Assembly: GCA_041611735.1 (NCBI GenBank)
Contig: JBFIML010000005.1
Coordinates: 1 to 64,000, forward strand
Length of the DNA stretch: 64,000 bases
Source of the DNA: Myxococcota bacterium
GTDB lineage: Bacteria; Myxococcota_A; UBA9160; PR03
Direction of reading: 5' to 3'
How positions within the stretch are numbered: the stretch's first letter is position 1; every line of letters begins with the position of its first letter. Positions 27,294 through 37,960 of the stretch are shown here, piece by piece. The notes below the pieces were generated by a model that was given only the letters and a program-made list of their open reading frames with translations, made no database searches and was not told the DNA's origin. The translations under genes were made by a program, and so were the position numbers.

Positions 27294-27422
27294 GGGCGGA
27301 ATACTACTAGAACGAGCCGGGCGCTGCGAAGACAGGCTATGTTGGTGCCACGGCGCGTCGCTCGACATCGAAGCCAGGGGATCTACTTTCCCGTAGATCT
27401 TCACAACCATGGAGAGATCTCG

Positions 27423-27866
27423 ATGAGTTCCAACGATCAGGTCGTGACGGCTCTGTCCAAGCTTCTCGCCGATACCGACACGGTCTACCTCAAGACCCAC
27501 AACTACCACTGGAACGTGACAGGACCGATGTTCAACACGCTCCACACGCTCTTCGAGACCCAGTACACGGAGTACGCGCTGGCCGTGGACGAGATCGCCG
27601 AACGCATCCGGGCAGTGGGGGCACGCGCTCCGGGCAGCTACAGCGAATTCGCTGAGATCGCGTCCGTGAAGGAAGATCGTGGGTCGCCCCCGGCGATGCA
27701 GATGGTCGAGAACCTGGCCGCCGATCAGAAGACGATCGTCATGGCGGCGCGCTCCGTCGTGGAGGCGCCCGAGACCATTGGCGACCAGGCGTCCGCCGAC
27801 CTCGGCGCTCGTCGCATCCAGGTCCACGAGAAGAATGCCTGGATGCTGCGCAGCCACCTCGAGTAG
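27423..27866 (+). CDS. dps: Dps family DNA-protection ferritin-like protein
   Basis: KTHNYHWNVTGPMFNTLHTLFE, DEIAERIR, HEKNAWML. Confidence 0.95.
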   Translation: MSSNDQVVTALSKLLADTDTVYLKTHNYHWNVTGPMFNTLHTLFETQYTEYALAVDEIAERIRAVGARAPGSYSEFAEIASVKEDRGSPPAMQMVENLAADQKTIVMAARSVVEAPETIGDQASADLGARRIQVHEKNAWMLRSHLE

Positions 27867-27950
27867 CCCCAACACGCCGTTGCGATCGTCGATCGCGCAA
27901 CGTCGCGTGGGCCTCGACCGCTACGAGAAGGCTCGAAGCAGGGGGCGTCG

Positions 27951-28921
27951 ATGAGGAGCGGGCTGTGGCGCGACGACGCGACCCTTCGGGTGGGCATCTC
28001 CACCTGCCTCCTCGGGGAGGAGGTGCGCTGGGACGGTGGACACAAACGCCACCGCTTCCTCACGGACCTGCTCGCCGACTACGTGGAATGGGTCCCGGTC
28101 TGCCCGGAGGTCGAGATCGGCATGGGGATCCCCCGGGAGCCGGTGCACCTGATGCGACGTGAAGGGAAGATTCGCCTGCTCGGCACCAGGAGCGGGAACG
28201 ACTGGACCAGCCGCATGGAGTCCTGGTCGGTGCGCCGGGTACGCGAGCTGGAGGCGCTCGACCTGTGCGGCTACGTGCTCAAGAAGGACTCGTCGAGCTG
28301 CGGCATGGAGCGGGTCAAGGTGCGCAGCGAGAAGGGCATGCCGAAGAAGGAGGGCCGCGGGGTCTTTGCCGGAACGCTCCAGGACCACGCCCCGGCGCTC
28401 CCCGTGGAAGAGGAGGGGCGACTCAACGACCCCGCGCTCCGCGAGAACTTCATCGAGCGGATCTTCGCCTACCGGCGCCTGCGCTCGCTCTTCGCGGAGC
28501 GCTGGAGCCGGGGGCGCCTCGTGGCCTTCCACACCGCCCACAAGCTCCAGCTGATGGCACACTCGCCCGAAGCCTATCGGTCCCTGGGCCGTCTGGTGGC
28601 GTCGGCGAAGGGGATTCCCCCGAAGGCGTTCCGCGCGCGCTACGAGAGCGAGTTCATGGCGGCGCTCCAGCATCGCGCGACCGCCCGCCGACACGTGACG
28701 TGCTCCAGCACTGCGTGGGCCACTTTCGCAAGCAGCTCGAGCGGGAGGCTCGGGCCGAGCTCGGCGAGCTCATTGCCGACTACCGCGCCGGGCTCGTCCC
28801 CCTGATCGTGCCCGTCACCCTGATCCGTCACTACGTCCGGCACCTTCGGGTCGAGTATCTCGCGGGCCAGGTCTATCTCGAGCCCCACCCGAAGGAGCTC
28901 ATGCTGCGAAACCATGTCTGA
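27951..28921 (+). pseudogene. YbgA-family DUF523 + DUF1722 protein, frameshifted near 28695
   Basis: GISTCLLGEEVRWDGGH, CPEVEIG, SCG, EEEGRL in one frame; VLQHCVGHF...YLEPHPKELMLRNHV in another. Confidence 0.88.
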
Positions 28922-30407
28922 GGGTCCGGAGGTCGGAGCGAGCGATGGCGGCAGCGTTGATTCCCCCGCGAAGAGGCGCCTCACCATCGCCATCGCCGGC
29001 GCCACGGGCTTCGTGGGAGAGGCCCTGTGCCGGGCCCTCGTGCCCGATCACCGCGTGATCGGGCTCACGCGCTCGCGAGAGCGCGCCGAGAGCTCGCAGC
29101 GCGACGGAGTCACCTGGCGTCGCTGCGACCTCTTCTCCCTGCGCGAGCTCGAGCTCGCCCTCGAGGGCGCGGACTACGCGATCTACCTGGTCCACTCGAT
29201 GCTTCCCTCGGCGCGCCTCACCCAGGCCAGCTTCGCCGATCTCGACCTGCTGCTGGCCGACAACTTCGCGCGCGCCGCGCAGCGCTGCGGGGTGGGCCAG
29301 ATCCTCTACGTCGGCGGTCTCACGCCTCCCGAGGGGCCGCTCTCGCCCCATCTCGCCAGCCGGCTCGAGGTGGAGCAGACCCTCGGCTCCCACGGCGTGC
29401 CCCTCACGGCGCTGCGGGCCGGGCTGATCGTAGGGCCCGGCGGGTCCTCGCTCTCGATCCTCGTGAACCTGGTTCGGCGGCTCCCGGCCATGATCCTGCC
29501 CCGCTGGACCGAGTCTCGGACACAGCCCATCGCGCTGGCGGACGTGGTGCGCGCTGCGCGGCACTGCGTCGGCAACCCGGAGACCTACGGGCGTAGCTTC
29601 GACATCGGCGGGCCCGACGTGATGACCTACCGCAAGATGCTCACCCAGGTCGCGGAGGCCCTGGGGAAGCGGCGCTTCATGCTCGGGGTTCCGCTGTTCT
29701 CGCCGCGGCTTTCGCGCCTCTGGGTCACGGTCTTCAGCGGCGCTTCGGGGGCTCTCGTGAACCCACTGATCGAGACTCTTCGCCACGACATGGTCTGTGC
29801 CGAGAATCCCCTCCAGCGCTGGCTCGAGCCCGACGCCCAGGGTTTCGCGGCGTCTCTTGGTCGCTCGCTCGAGACGGGAGAGCTGGCCCCGCCGCCGCGC
29901 CACCGCCTGTTCCGGCTGGAGCGCGCCTCGCTACGGCGCACGAGCACGGTGCGTTCCGTCCAGCGGCTCGTGCTTCCGAAGGGCCGCGACGCACGCTGGG
30001 TCGCGGCGGAGTATCTGCGCTTCCTGCCGCGCTTCGTCGCCCCGCTCGTGGGCTGCCGGGTCGAGGGCGACCTCTGCCGCCTCACCCTGCGCGGTACGCC
30101 GCTGCTGCTGATGGAGATGCGCTTCGCGCCCGATCGCAGCAGCGACGATCGACAGATCTTCGACGTCGTGGGTGGGCTCCTGGTGCGCCGGGGCCCGGGC
30201 CCGCGCGGACGTCTCGAGTTCCGGGAGGTGCTAGAGCACCGCCACGTGGTCGCTGCCGTCCACGACTTCCAGCCGGCGCTGCCCTGGCCGATCTACAACC
30301 AGACCCACGCCAGGGTTCACCTGTGGGTCATGCGCGGGTTCGCGCGGCACCTGCGCCGGGTGGCTGAGGGCATGGCCGCGGCGATCCCCGCTAGTACCTC
30401 GGACTAG
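28914..30407 (+). CDS. NAD(P)-binding epimerase/atypical SDR with C-terminal extension
   Basis: AGATGFVG, YLVHSM, HLASRLEVE, LRAGLIVGPG, TQPIA. Confidence 0.85.
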   Translation: MSEGPEVGASDGGSVDSPAKRRLTIAIAGATGFVGEALCRALVPDHRVIGLTRSRERAESSQRDGVTWRRCDLFSLRELELALEGADYAIYLVHSMLPSARLTQASFADLDLLLADNFARAAQRCGVGQILYVGGLTPPEGPLSPHLASRLEVEQTLGSHGVPLTALRAGLIVGPGGSSLSILVNLVRRLPAMILPRWTESRTQPIALADVVRAARHCVGNPETYGRSFDIGGPDVMTYRKMLTQVAEALGKRRFMLGVPLFSPRLSRLWVTVFSGASGALVNPLIETLRHDMVCAENPLQRWLEPDAQGFAASLGRSLETGELAPPPRHRLFRLERASLRRTSTVRSVQRLVLPKGRDARWVAAEYLRFLPRFVAPLVGCRVEGDLCRLTLRGTPLLLMEMRFAPDRSSDDRQIFDVVGGLLVRRGPGPRGRLEFREVLEHRHVVAAVHDFQPALPWPIYNQTHARVHLWVMRGFARHLRRVAEGMAAAIPASTSD

Positions 30408-30438
30408 CGCGCGTTCACCCTGCGGTGAGGGTAGCTCG

Positions 30439-30966
30439 CTAGGACGCCGGCTTCTGGAGGGTCCGCTCCAACGGGGCGAGGTCGTAGCCCTTCGCCCGGA
30501 TGCGAGTCAGTATCCTCTGGTATAGCGCCTCGTCCAGGGTCGGTGTGCGTGAGAGGATCCAGAGGTACTCGCGCGCCGGGTGGCCCACCACGGCCCAGCG
30601 ATAGTCGGGGTCGAGCTCGATGATCCAGTAGTGGCCCCAGAACGGCCAGAAGAACTGGACGCGAAGCCTGGCGTTGTTCGGGTCGCCCTCCGCGACCCAG
30701 GCCACACCCTCGGCGCGGCGCACGTCGCCATCCAGGGATCCGTCGCGGCACTGGTTCTCCACACGGATCCGGCCGTCCTCGCGGCGCGAGTACTCGGCCT
30801 GCGTCGCGACGCAGCCTCGCTGGAAGTACTGAGGAAAGCTCGCGATCTCGTACCAGCGCCCGAGGTAGCGATCGAGGTCCACGTCCTCGACCACCATCAG
30901 GTTGGAGGAAGCCGTCTGGCAGCCAAGAAGGACAGCAACGAGCGCCAAGGGCGCAAGCCACCGCAT
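30439..30966 (-). CDS. blc: Bacterial lipocalin lipoprotein
   Basis: Lipobox LLGC; VDLDRYLGRWYEIA, VQFFWPF, YLWILSRTP. Confidence 0.93.
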   Translation of the reverse strand: MRWLAPLALVAVLLGCQTASSNLMVVEDVDLDRYLGRWYEIASFPQYFQRGCVATQAEYSRREDGRIRVENQCRDGSLDGDVRRAEGVAWVAEGDPNNARLRVQFFWPFWGHYWIIELDPDYRWAVVGHPAREYLWILSRTPTLDEALYQRILTRIRAKGYDLAPLERTLQKPAS

Positions 30967-31455
30967 CGGGATACCTCCGGTCCCGTTTCGCAACGGCCCG
31001 AATCGCCGACGCCGGCACGCCCGGTGAGACACAGGCGGTTGCGGGCGAAGGGTTGGCACGGGGCGTCGGGGCCCTTGCGCAGGCTGGGCCAGTGCGTCGG
31101 GACAGTCGCCGTCGGACAGGACTGCTATCTCCGCGGGAATTCGCGTCATCCAGCCACCTCGAGTCCAAACAGCGTAACCTGCTGCTCCAGGGCTTCCAGG
31201 CTCGGGATGCAGTGCCTCAGCGCCAGGGAGTCATTTCGGGACCGCTCCGCCGCGGGCAGCTCCGCTCCTGCGCTCCCCGCGACCGTCTAGCGCTGCCTGG
31301 CGGTCCCCAGCTCCCAGATCCTGCCGCGCCTCAACGGAGTTCATCTTCCGGTTGGATGGAGAAGAGGCACCAGGTAGGCTCCGCTCGCGGAGTAGAAGGC
31401 TTCTTCCAGTTTTCCCGACTTTCATTGCAGTCAGGACGCTGCGGAGGGCCGCCAA

Positions 31456-31481
31456 GTTCACATGTTCCTTCCCCAGTGAAC
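31456..31481. promoter_or_regulatory. GTTCAC-N14-GTGAAC inverted repeat, candidate operator of the MerR regulator
   Basis: Perfect 6-bp dyad ending 11 nt before the MerR start. Confidence 0.4.
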
Positions 31482-31492
31482 GAGGGGTGCCG

Positions 31493-32137
31493 ATGTCCAT
31501 GCAGAGCGGACCACAGGAACCCGGCTACGCGATCGGCACGGTCGCCGGCCTGACCGGCCTGGATCCCCACACCATCCGGGCCTGGGAGCGCCGCTACGGA
31601 GCCGTGAGTTTTCACAGGGACCCGCGCGGCGTGCGCCGCTATGACGATGCCGCGGTGGTGCGTCTGCAGCTCCTCAAGGCGGTCACGAATTGTGGCGGAT
31701 CCATCGGCTCCATCGTGCGCCTCCCGGACGCGACCCTGCGCGAGCGCCTGGGTCGGCTCGCCTGCATGGCGGCCGACGCAGCCGTGGCTCCGGGAGGCCG
31801 CCCGAGCACCTTGGCTCTTTTCGCTCCGGGCCTCTCCTCCCAGCTTGGCGCCGGAAGGTCCCTGGGTGGCCTCCAGGTCACCGTTTCGGAGACCGACGTC
31901 GCCGGCATTCCTCGAGAAGCTCTCGGACGCGGCGTCTTGAGGTCGTCGTGGCGGATCTCCTCCGCCTCGGCTGCGAGCCTCTGCGATGCCGCGCTGCACC
32001 GCTACCTGGGCGCGGCCTCCGCCTGCGTCCGACACGAGCTCGAGACGATGCTCGAGCGCGTCTGCGAGCACGAGGGCATCCGCGTATGGCGAGGAAGCTC
32101 GATTTGGAGACCGTCTGGATCTTCGGCGATCAGCTGA
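31493..32137 (+). pseudogene. MerR-family regulator; C-terminal part appears frameshifted or deleted
   Basis: YAIGTVAGLTGLDPHTIRAWERRYG...RRY HTH; garbled middle; overlaps next gene by about 50 nt. Confidence 0.75.
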
Positions 32138-33591
32138 ACCGCGACATCGCGAGCCTCGAGGGCGTGGAGCCCGGGGAGGCTCGCGTCCTCATGGTGGAGA
32201 GTCAGAGCAAGCTGCGCTCGAGGCGCTGGCACCACCAGCGCCTGCATTTGGTCGTTACCGCCATGCGTCGCTTCGCCGCCGAGCTCGAGGGGGCGGGCTT
32301 CGAGGTCGACTACCGGAAGGCGGCGACCCTGGAGAAGGGCCTCGCCTCCCACCGGCGCCGCTTCCGGTCGCCGAAGGTGCGCGCCATGGAGCCCAACGGC
32401 TTTGACCTGCGGCGGCGTCTCGAGGACCTCGACGTGGAGCTCGTGCGCTCGAATCTGTTCCTCTGCCACTACGAGGACTTCGCCGGGTGGGCCAAGGGTC
32501 AGAAGCGCCTGCGCATGGAGGACTTCTATCGCTGGCAGCGGACCCGCCTGGGCTACCTGATGGAGGACGGAAAGCCCGCCGGGGGCCGCTGGAACTTCGA
32601 CGCCGACAATCGCGAGCCCCCGCCCCAGGGCGAGCCGCCCTGGAGCGCCCCGCCAAGGTCGAAGCTCGACGAGCTCGACGCTGCGGTCGTCGCGGCGCAA
32701 CACCAGGATCTCATGGGCGAGGCGCCCAAGGGCCTCTGGGCCACCTCGCGGCGCTCGGCCCTCGCGCGCCTGCGGCGCTTCGTGAGCCAGGAGCTTCCCC
32801 GCTTCGGCCCCCACGAGGACGCGATGACGCGGCGCTCCTGGCATCTCGCCCACTCGCTCCTCAGCCCCTATCTGAACCTCGGTCTACTTCGGCCCGGCGA
32901 GGTCTGCGACGCCGTCCAGGCCGCCTACGACGAGGGTCGCGTTCCCATCGCTTCGGCGGAGGGATTCGTGCGCCAGGTGATCGGCTGGCGCGAGTACGTG
33001 TGGGGTGTCTACTGGCTCTGGATGCCCGAATACCGCGAGGAGAACGCCCTGGGCGCGAAGCGCGGCCTGCCGCCCGCCTTCCAGGACTCGAGTCGGACCC
33101 GAATGCGCTGTGTGGCCGAGACCGTGCGCGGCATCGAGGAGCACGGCTACGCCCACCACATCCAGCGTCTCATGGTGCTGGGCAACTTGTCGCTCCTCGC
33201 CGGCATCGAGCCCATGCAGGTCGTGGACTGGATGTGGGCCTCCTTCGTCGATGGAGCCGAGTGGGTGATGCTCCCGAACGTGCTCTCCATGGCGCTCTAC
33301 GCGGACGGCGGCCGCATGACGACGAAGCCCTACGCGTCCGGCGGGGCCTACATCTCCCGCATGAGCGACTACTGCGGGGCCTGTCCCTACGATCCCAAGC
33401 AGCGCGTGGGGGACGAGGCGTGCCCCTTCACCACGCTCTACTGGGACTTCCTCGCCCGCCACGAGAAGCGCCTCGCCGCGAACCCCCGGGTCGCTCGCCA
33501 GGTCCACGCCCTGAAGCGCCTGAGAGACCTGCCGGTGGTGCGCAAGCGAGCGCGAGAGATGCTCGAGCAGCTCGATCGAGGCGGGCTCTGA
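32086..33591 (+). CDS. Fe-S bacterial cryptochrome/(6-4) photolyase (PhrB/CryB type)
   Basis: GDQL, MEDFYR, GGRWNFDADNR, HSLLSPYLNLGLL, EGFVRQVIGWRE, HHIQRLM, KPYASGGAYI, SDYCGAC...CPF. Confidence 0.95.
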   Translation: MARKLDLETVWIFGDQLNRDIASLEGVEPGEARVLMVESQSKLRSRRWHHQRLHLVVTAMRRFAAELEGAGFEVDYRKAATLEKGLASHRRRFRSPKVRAMEPNGFDLRRRLEDLDVELVRSNLFLCHYEDFAGWAKGQKRLRMEDFYRWQRTRLGYLMEDGKPAGGRWNFDADNREPPPQGEPPWSAPPRSKLDELDAAVVAAQHQDLMGEAPKGLWATSRRSALARLRRFVSQELPRFGPHEDAMTRRSWHLAHSLLSPYLNLGLLRPGEVCDAVQAAYDEGRVPIASAEGFVRQVIGWREYVWGVYWLWMPEYREENALGAKRGLPPAFQDSSRTRMRCVAETVRGIEEHGYAHHIQRLMVLGNLSLLAGIEPMQVVDWMWASFVDGAEWVMLPNVLSMALYADGGRMTTKPYASGGAYISRMSDYCGACPYDPKQRVGDEACPFTTLYWDFLARHEKRLAANPRVARQVHALKRLRDLPVVRKRAREMLEQLDRGGL

Positions 33592-33607
33592 GAGCCCCAT
33601 CCCCAGG

Positions 33608-33895
33608 GCGCCTCGACGGCTGGTACGCCTACCGCGCATCGAAAGCCGCCCAGAACATGTTCACGCGTACGCTCGCCGTCGAGCTCGCACGGCCGGCGCA
33701 GAGCGCGATCTGCGTGGCGCTGCATCCGGGCACCGTCGACACGGATCTCTCGCGTCCCTTCCAGCGCAGCGTCGCGCCCGTACGACTGTTCGATCCCGAC
33801 CGGCCGCGCGCCAGCTCCTGGCGGTGAACGACGGCCTGACGCTCGAGCAAAGCGGGAGCTTCCTGGCCTGGGACGGCGCGCCGATCCCCTGGTAG
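33608..33895 (+). pseudogene. C-terminal fragment of a C-factor (CsgA-like) short-chain dehydrogenase
   Basis: GWYAYRASKAAQNM, LHPGTVDTDLSRPF, SGSFLAWDGAPIPW; N-half missing; frameshift. Confidence 0.85.
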
Positions 33896-33922
33896 GACGA
33901 AGGGACGGGTAGGTCCCCTGGG

Positions 33923-35155
33923 TCAGCGCGCTGACAGCAGGCGCACGCGGCTCAGGCGAACCCAGGAGGACGGCGACCTCAAAGCAGGCCAGGCCAGCTG
34001 ACGCGCGGCCCGGTGAAGACGCCGTGCAGCGGCGGGGGCGGCGTCCCGCACGGACCGCCGGTCGATCTGCGCCATCACCAGCTCGAACACCCCCTCTTTT
34101 GCGGCCGACAGCGGTGGCCCTGCCAGGGCGAGCTGCCCGGCGACCAGAAAGCAGGAGAGGTCGCCGAAGGAGACCAGGGTGGGCTTGCCGGCGGGGCGGA
34201 AAGGCCGCAGCGAGCTCGGGTCGAGAAGCCGGCGGACGTTTCGGGCGGCGTGACGTCCCATGTCGAGCGCATGGTAGGCCTGCTTCTCGAGAGGCGAGGG
34301 GAGCTCCGCGGCGTCGCCCGCGACGAAGACCTCCGGAGCGACCGCGCTCCTCAACGACGCTTCGACCGGCGCCCAGGCTCCCGGCTTCGGGGCGAGCCCG
34401 GAGGCGGCCAGCACGGGGGGCGCCGTGGGACCGCCCGTCCAGATCGTGGCCGCCGAGGGGAGGATCCGCCCCCCGGCAAGCGCCACGGCGCCGGCTTGGA
34501 CCTTCGAGACGGCCGCGCCCGTGTGGAAGTGAACGTCGAAGCCTCGGCACAGGCGCCGCACGTGCCGATCCAGGCTCGGAGGCGCTTCCGGCAGCAGGCG
34601 AGCCCGAGCCTCGACGAGGTGGATCCGGAATGCGCTGCTCTGGCGCCAGCGCCTCAGCATCTCTCCCAACGCCTCGACGCCCTCCAGGCCCCCTCCCACG
34701 ATCACGACCTCGTGCGGCCCGTCCTCGGTAGCCAGCTCCTCGAGCCGTCGGCCGATCCGTGCGCATTCGTCCACGGACTTGAAGAGGAGGGCATGGGTCT
34801 CGACACCCGGGACGCCATGGGTGGCGTTCACGCCGCCGAGGGCCACGATGAGCGCGTCGTAGGGGAGCGGCCGGCGATCCTCGAGGTGGACGCGCCGCTC
34901 GGCGAGGTCGATGCCTTCGACTCCGGCCCGCACGAAGCGGTGACCGGCATCGCGCACGATGCGATCGCGGGGGAGCCGGAGCAGGCGAGGCGTCTTCACG
35001 CCCGACACGAGCTCGTGGATGTTCGGCAGGAACTCGAAGTGGCGGGTACGGTCGACGAGCGTGACACGCCATTCAGCGGGTAGCTCGGCCGCGGCGGCGA
35101 GACCGGCGAAGCCGCCGCCGAGGACCACGACGCGGGGGGACGCGAGGCGTGTCAC
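33923..35155 (-). CDS. NDH-2-like FAD-dependent pyridine nucleotide oxidoreductase
   Basis: VVVLGGGFAG, YDALIVALG, VGGGLEGVE, VFVAGD. Confidence 0.88.
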   Translation of the reverse strand: MTRLASPRVVVLGGGFAGLAAAAELPAEWRVTLVDRTRHFEFLPNIHELVSGVKTPRLLRLPRDRIVRDAGHRFVRAGVEGIDLAERRVHLEDRRPLPYDALIVALGGVNATHGVPGVETHALLFKSVDECARIGRRLEELATEDGPHEVVIVGGGLEGVEALGEMLRRWRQSSAFRIHLVEARARLLPEAPPSLDRHVRRLCRGFDVHFHTGAAVSKVQAGAVALAGGRILPSAATIWTGGPTAPPVLAASGLAPKPGAWAPVEASLRSAVAPEVFVAGDAAELPSPLEKQAYHALDMGRHAARNVRRLLDPSSLRPFRPAGKPTLVSFGDLSCFLVAGQLALAGPPLSAAKEGVFELVMAQIDRRSVRDAAPAAARRLHRAARQLAWPALRSPSSWVRLSRVRLLSAR

Positions 35156-36144
35156 TCCGTGTCCCCGAGCATTCGTGCGCCCAGCGCGAGCCCACTGGTC
35201 CACGCGCTCTCGACCCGATCGCCCCCGCACCAGTCCCCGCAGGCGCCCAGGCCCGCGGCTTCGGCGTAGAGGTGCGAAGCGGGGAGCGGACGCGTGACGC
35301 GGGCGAAGCGCCAGCGCTGACCCGCCAGGTGCTTCACGGCGGGAAGTGGACGACCCAGTGTAGCCCCGAGGGCGGAGACGAGATCGCGCGCGAAGCTCTC
35401 CGGCTCGGTCTCGAGATAGGTCGCGCTCCAGCCGGCAGCCGCGTGCAGCACCCAACGTTCGCCTCCGCCTCGCTGGGGCTTGGAAGAGTCGCGGGCCACC
35501 CAGGAGAGCGGGCTGGCCTCGACGAACGCTCCGTCGAAGGCTGCCTCGACGTCGGCCTCGAAGCCGACCATGGCTGCCAGGCATGGCGCCATCTCGGCCT
35601 CGGAGGCGCGCGCGGCGAGCTCGGGCACTGGCGCGAGGAGCGGCCAAGCCTGGGGCGCCGGCGTGGCGACCGCCACGGCCCCGAACGGCCCGTGGGACTG
35701 CCCGTCCGCGTCGCGGAGCGACCAGCGCCCCGCTTCGCCTTCGAGCGCCTGGATGCGGACGCCGCAGCGCACATCGAGCGTGCGCGCCAGGTGCCGCGCC
35801 AGACTGCTCATTCGCGGAATGGCGACGAACCGCTTCGCGCTCGACGGACGCACGGCGACGCTCCCGCCGGCGAGATCCACGATGCGACCGGTCCACGGGG
35901 CGACGACGCTCTCCCCGACCCAGCCGTGGGCGGTCTTCGCGAACTCCGGATCCCGGGCGGTGAAGTACTGGGCGCCGTGGTCGAAAGCGCCGGCATCGCT
36001 GCGACGTGTGGAGATGCGACCGCCCGGCGCTCGCGCCTTCTCGAAGACTACGACCGCCGCGCCGGCCCGGGCCAGGGTGCTCGCACAGGCGAGTCCGGCG
36101 ACGCCCGCGCCAACGATCGCGACGCTTCGCGCCGTGCTCGTCAC
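35152..36144 (-). CDS. Renalase-like FAD-dependent oxidoreductase
   Basis: IVGAGVAG, GGRISTRR, FDHGAQYFT, CGDW, VESAWTSG. Confidence 0.92.
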   Translation of the reverse strand: MTSTARSVAIVGAGVAGLACASTLARAGAAVVVFEKARAPGGRISTRRSDAGAFDHGAQYFTARDPEFAKTAHGWVGESVVAPWTGRIVDLAGGSVAVRPSSAKRFVAIPRMSSLARHLARTLDVRCGVRIQALEGEAGRWSLRDADGQSHGPFGAVAVATPAPQAWPLLAPVPELAARASEAEMAPCLAAMVGFEADVEAAFDGAFVEASPLSWVARDSSKPQRGGGERWVLHAAAGWSATYLETEPESFARDLVSALGATLGRPLPAVKHLAGQRWRFARVTRPLPASHLYAEAAGLGACGDWCGGDRVESAWTSGLALGARMLGDTE

Positions 36145-36926
36145 AAGGGGTTGCCGCAGACGCGCTCGTAGGCCCCGCGCACGTCGTAGCTGCCGCCGAG
36201 GGCGCCCAGGTGATCGTAGAGGGCGGCCAGGTAGCAGCCGAGGGCCAGGAAGTTCGGGTGGAGCGACGCGCCGGCGTCGCGGCAGCGAACGAACACGTCG
36301 TGGAAGGACGTCTGGAAGCTCTTCGGGTCGAACTGCACCTCGCGTTGGTCGCCGTCGCCGAAGTGGTGCCGGAAGGAATCCCGCGCGGGCTCGAGTCTGA
36401 GGTCGGCGAGGGCCGCGTCGAAGAGCTCGTCGTCGCCGGAGTAGAAGCCGGCGTAGACCCGGCGTATCGCGTCGAGGAAGGACGCGTCCCAGCGGATCCA
36501 GTAGGGCCCTGGGTGCCAGACCAGGGTCTCACCGCCGCCCAGGAAGCGGTCGAGGCGCAGGTCGATCACGGCCGACTCGTGGGCCACGAGCTGCCCGAAG
36601 TAGATCTCCAGCACGCGCTGCCCGCGGGCTCGACGTCCGGAGTCGTCCAGGTCGCGGTGCGCATCGGGCTCGGCCGCCTCGCCCCCCGCGTAGAGCTCCA
36701 CCGCCACGCCTCGTCGCTCGAGCGCGGCCTCGACCTCCTCGGCGAGGTCGCGAAAGCCGGACCGGTCGGAGGCGTTGCCGAGCAGCTCGCGCCCCTGACG
36801 CAGCAGCGCCCGGGCGGGCATCACGTCGAAGAAGGAGGGCGACACGAAATCCGCGAGCTGCTTCCACTCCGCACCGCCCAGCGTGCGGCGGATCAGACCC
36901 TCGGCGCTGCGAGCCCAGCGGAACAC
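36141..36926 (-). CDS. Hypothetical protein
   Basis: Protein-like GC3-biased frame translationally coupled to the renalase-like gene; start inferred at GTG 36926. Confidence 0.7.
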   Translation of the reverse strand: MFRWARSAEGLIRRTLGGAEWKQLADFVSPSFFDVMPARALLRQGRELLGNASDRSGFRDLAEEVEAALERRGVAVELYAGGEAAEPDAHRDLDDSGRRARGQRVLEIYFGQLVAHESAVIDLRLDRFLGGGETLVWHPGPYWIRWDASFLDAIRRVYAGFYSGDDELFDAALADLRLEPARDSFRHHFGDGDQREVQFDPKSFQTSFHDVFVRCRDAGASLHPNFLALGCYLAALYDHLGALGGSYDVRGAYERVCGNPL

Positions 36927-37091
36927 ACCAACGAGGGTTCCTCCGGGTCGACCCCCCGTCAAGGTCTGGACAGCTATGTTCTTCTGGTGCCCAGGGAGCC
37001 GCAAGTCAGACGCGAGGCGGACCGTGTTGCCGCGGCCGTCGCCGGTCGCAGAGCCGAGCGCTGCTGCAAGTTCGAGCGCACGAGCCGCCTC

Positions 37092-37946
37092 GTGCTGGCT
37101 ACACTCATCGGCGTCGCTTGCCTGGCGGCCTACGCGGACGACGTCGCCCGAGGTGACGCGGCGTGGGCCGGCCGCGCGGAGGGCGAGCGGGAAGGGCGCC
37201 CGATGCCCGGGCCCATCCGCGAGGCCGTGCGCGCTTACGAGAGCGCGCTCGCGGCGAGCCCCGAGAGCCTGGAAGCGCGCTGGAAGCTGCTTCGCGCGCT
37301 CCACTTCGAGGGAGAGTTCGCCGCGCAGGAAGCGGAGGACAAGCGCACGGTCTTCGGTCGAGCCCGGGAGGTCTCCGAAGAAGGGCTGGGCCTGCTGGCA
37401 GACCAGGTCGGCGCCGGCGTGCGGCTCGACGACCTGGAGACCGGGGACGTCGCGAGTCGCCTCGCGGCCTCGGGCTTGCCGCCGACCGGGGTGGCACGGC
37501 TCTACTTCTGGTCGGCGATCAACTGGGGAGCCTGGAGCCAGCAAGTCGGCCTGCTCCGGGCGGTCCGGCAGGGAGTGGCGAATCGGCTGTACCGGTACAC
37601 GGAGATCGCGATCGCGCTCGAGCCCGACTACGACGAGGGAGGCGCCCTGCGTCTCCTGGGCCGGTTGCACGCCGAGCTGCCCCGGGTGCCCTTCGTATCG
37701 GGCTGGGTCGACCGGAGGCAGGCGCTTCCGCTGATCGAGCGAGCCCACGCCCTGGCCCCGAACAATCCCGGCAACCGCCTGCTCCTGGCCCTCACCCTCC
37801 TCGACCTCGCTCCCGAGCGGCGCGCCGAGGCGCTGGGGCTCCTGGAGCAGGTCCAGGAGCTGACGCCCCGTGCCTCCATGCGCGTCGAGGACCTCGCCAT
37901 GCGCCGGGAGGCCCGGGAACGCCTCGCCACAGAGCGGGGCGGCTGA
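37092..37946 (+). CDS. Secreted TPR-like helical protein (TatT-like); start uncertain
   Basis: Signal-like segment; YFWSAINWG, YDEGGALRLLGRL motifs. Confidence 0.65.
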   Translation: MLATLIGVACLAAYADDVARGDAAWAGRAEGEREGRPMPGPIREAVRAYESALAASPESLEARWKLLRALHFEGEFAAQEAEDKRTVFGRAREVSEEGLGLLADQVGAGVRLDDLETGDVASRLAASGLPPTGVARLYFWSAINWGAWSQQVGLLRAVRQGVANRLYRYTEIAIALEPDYDEGGALRLLGRLHAELPRVPFVSGWVDRRQALPLIERAHALAPNNPGNRLLLALTLLDLAPERRAEALGLLEQVQELTPRASMRVEDLAMRREARERLATERGG

Positions 37947-37960
37947 GCTAGACCTATCCC

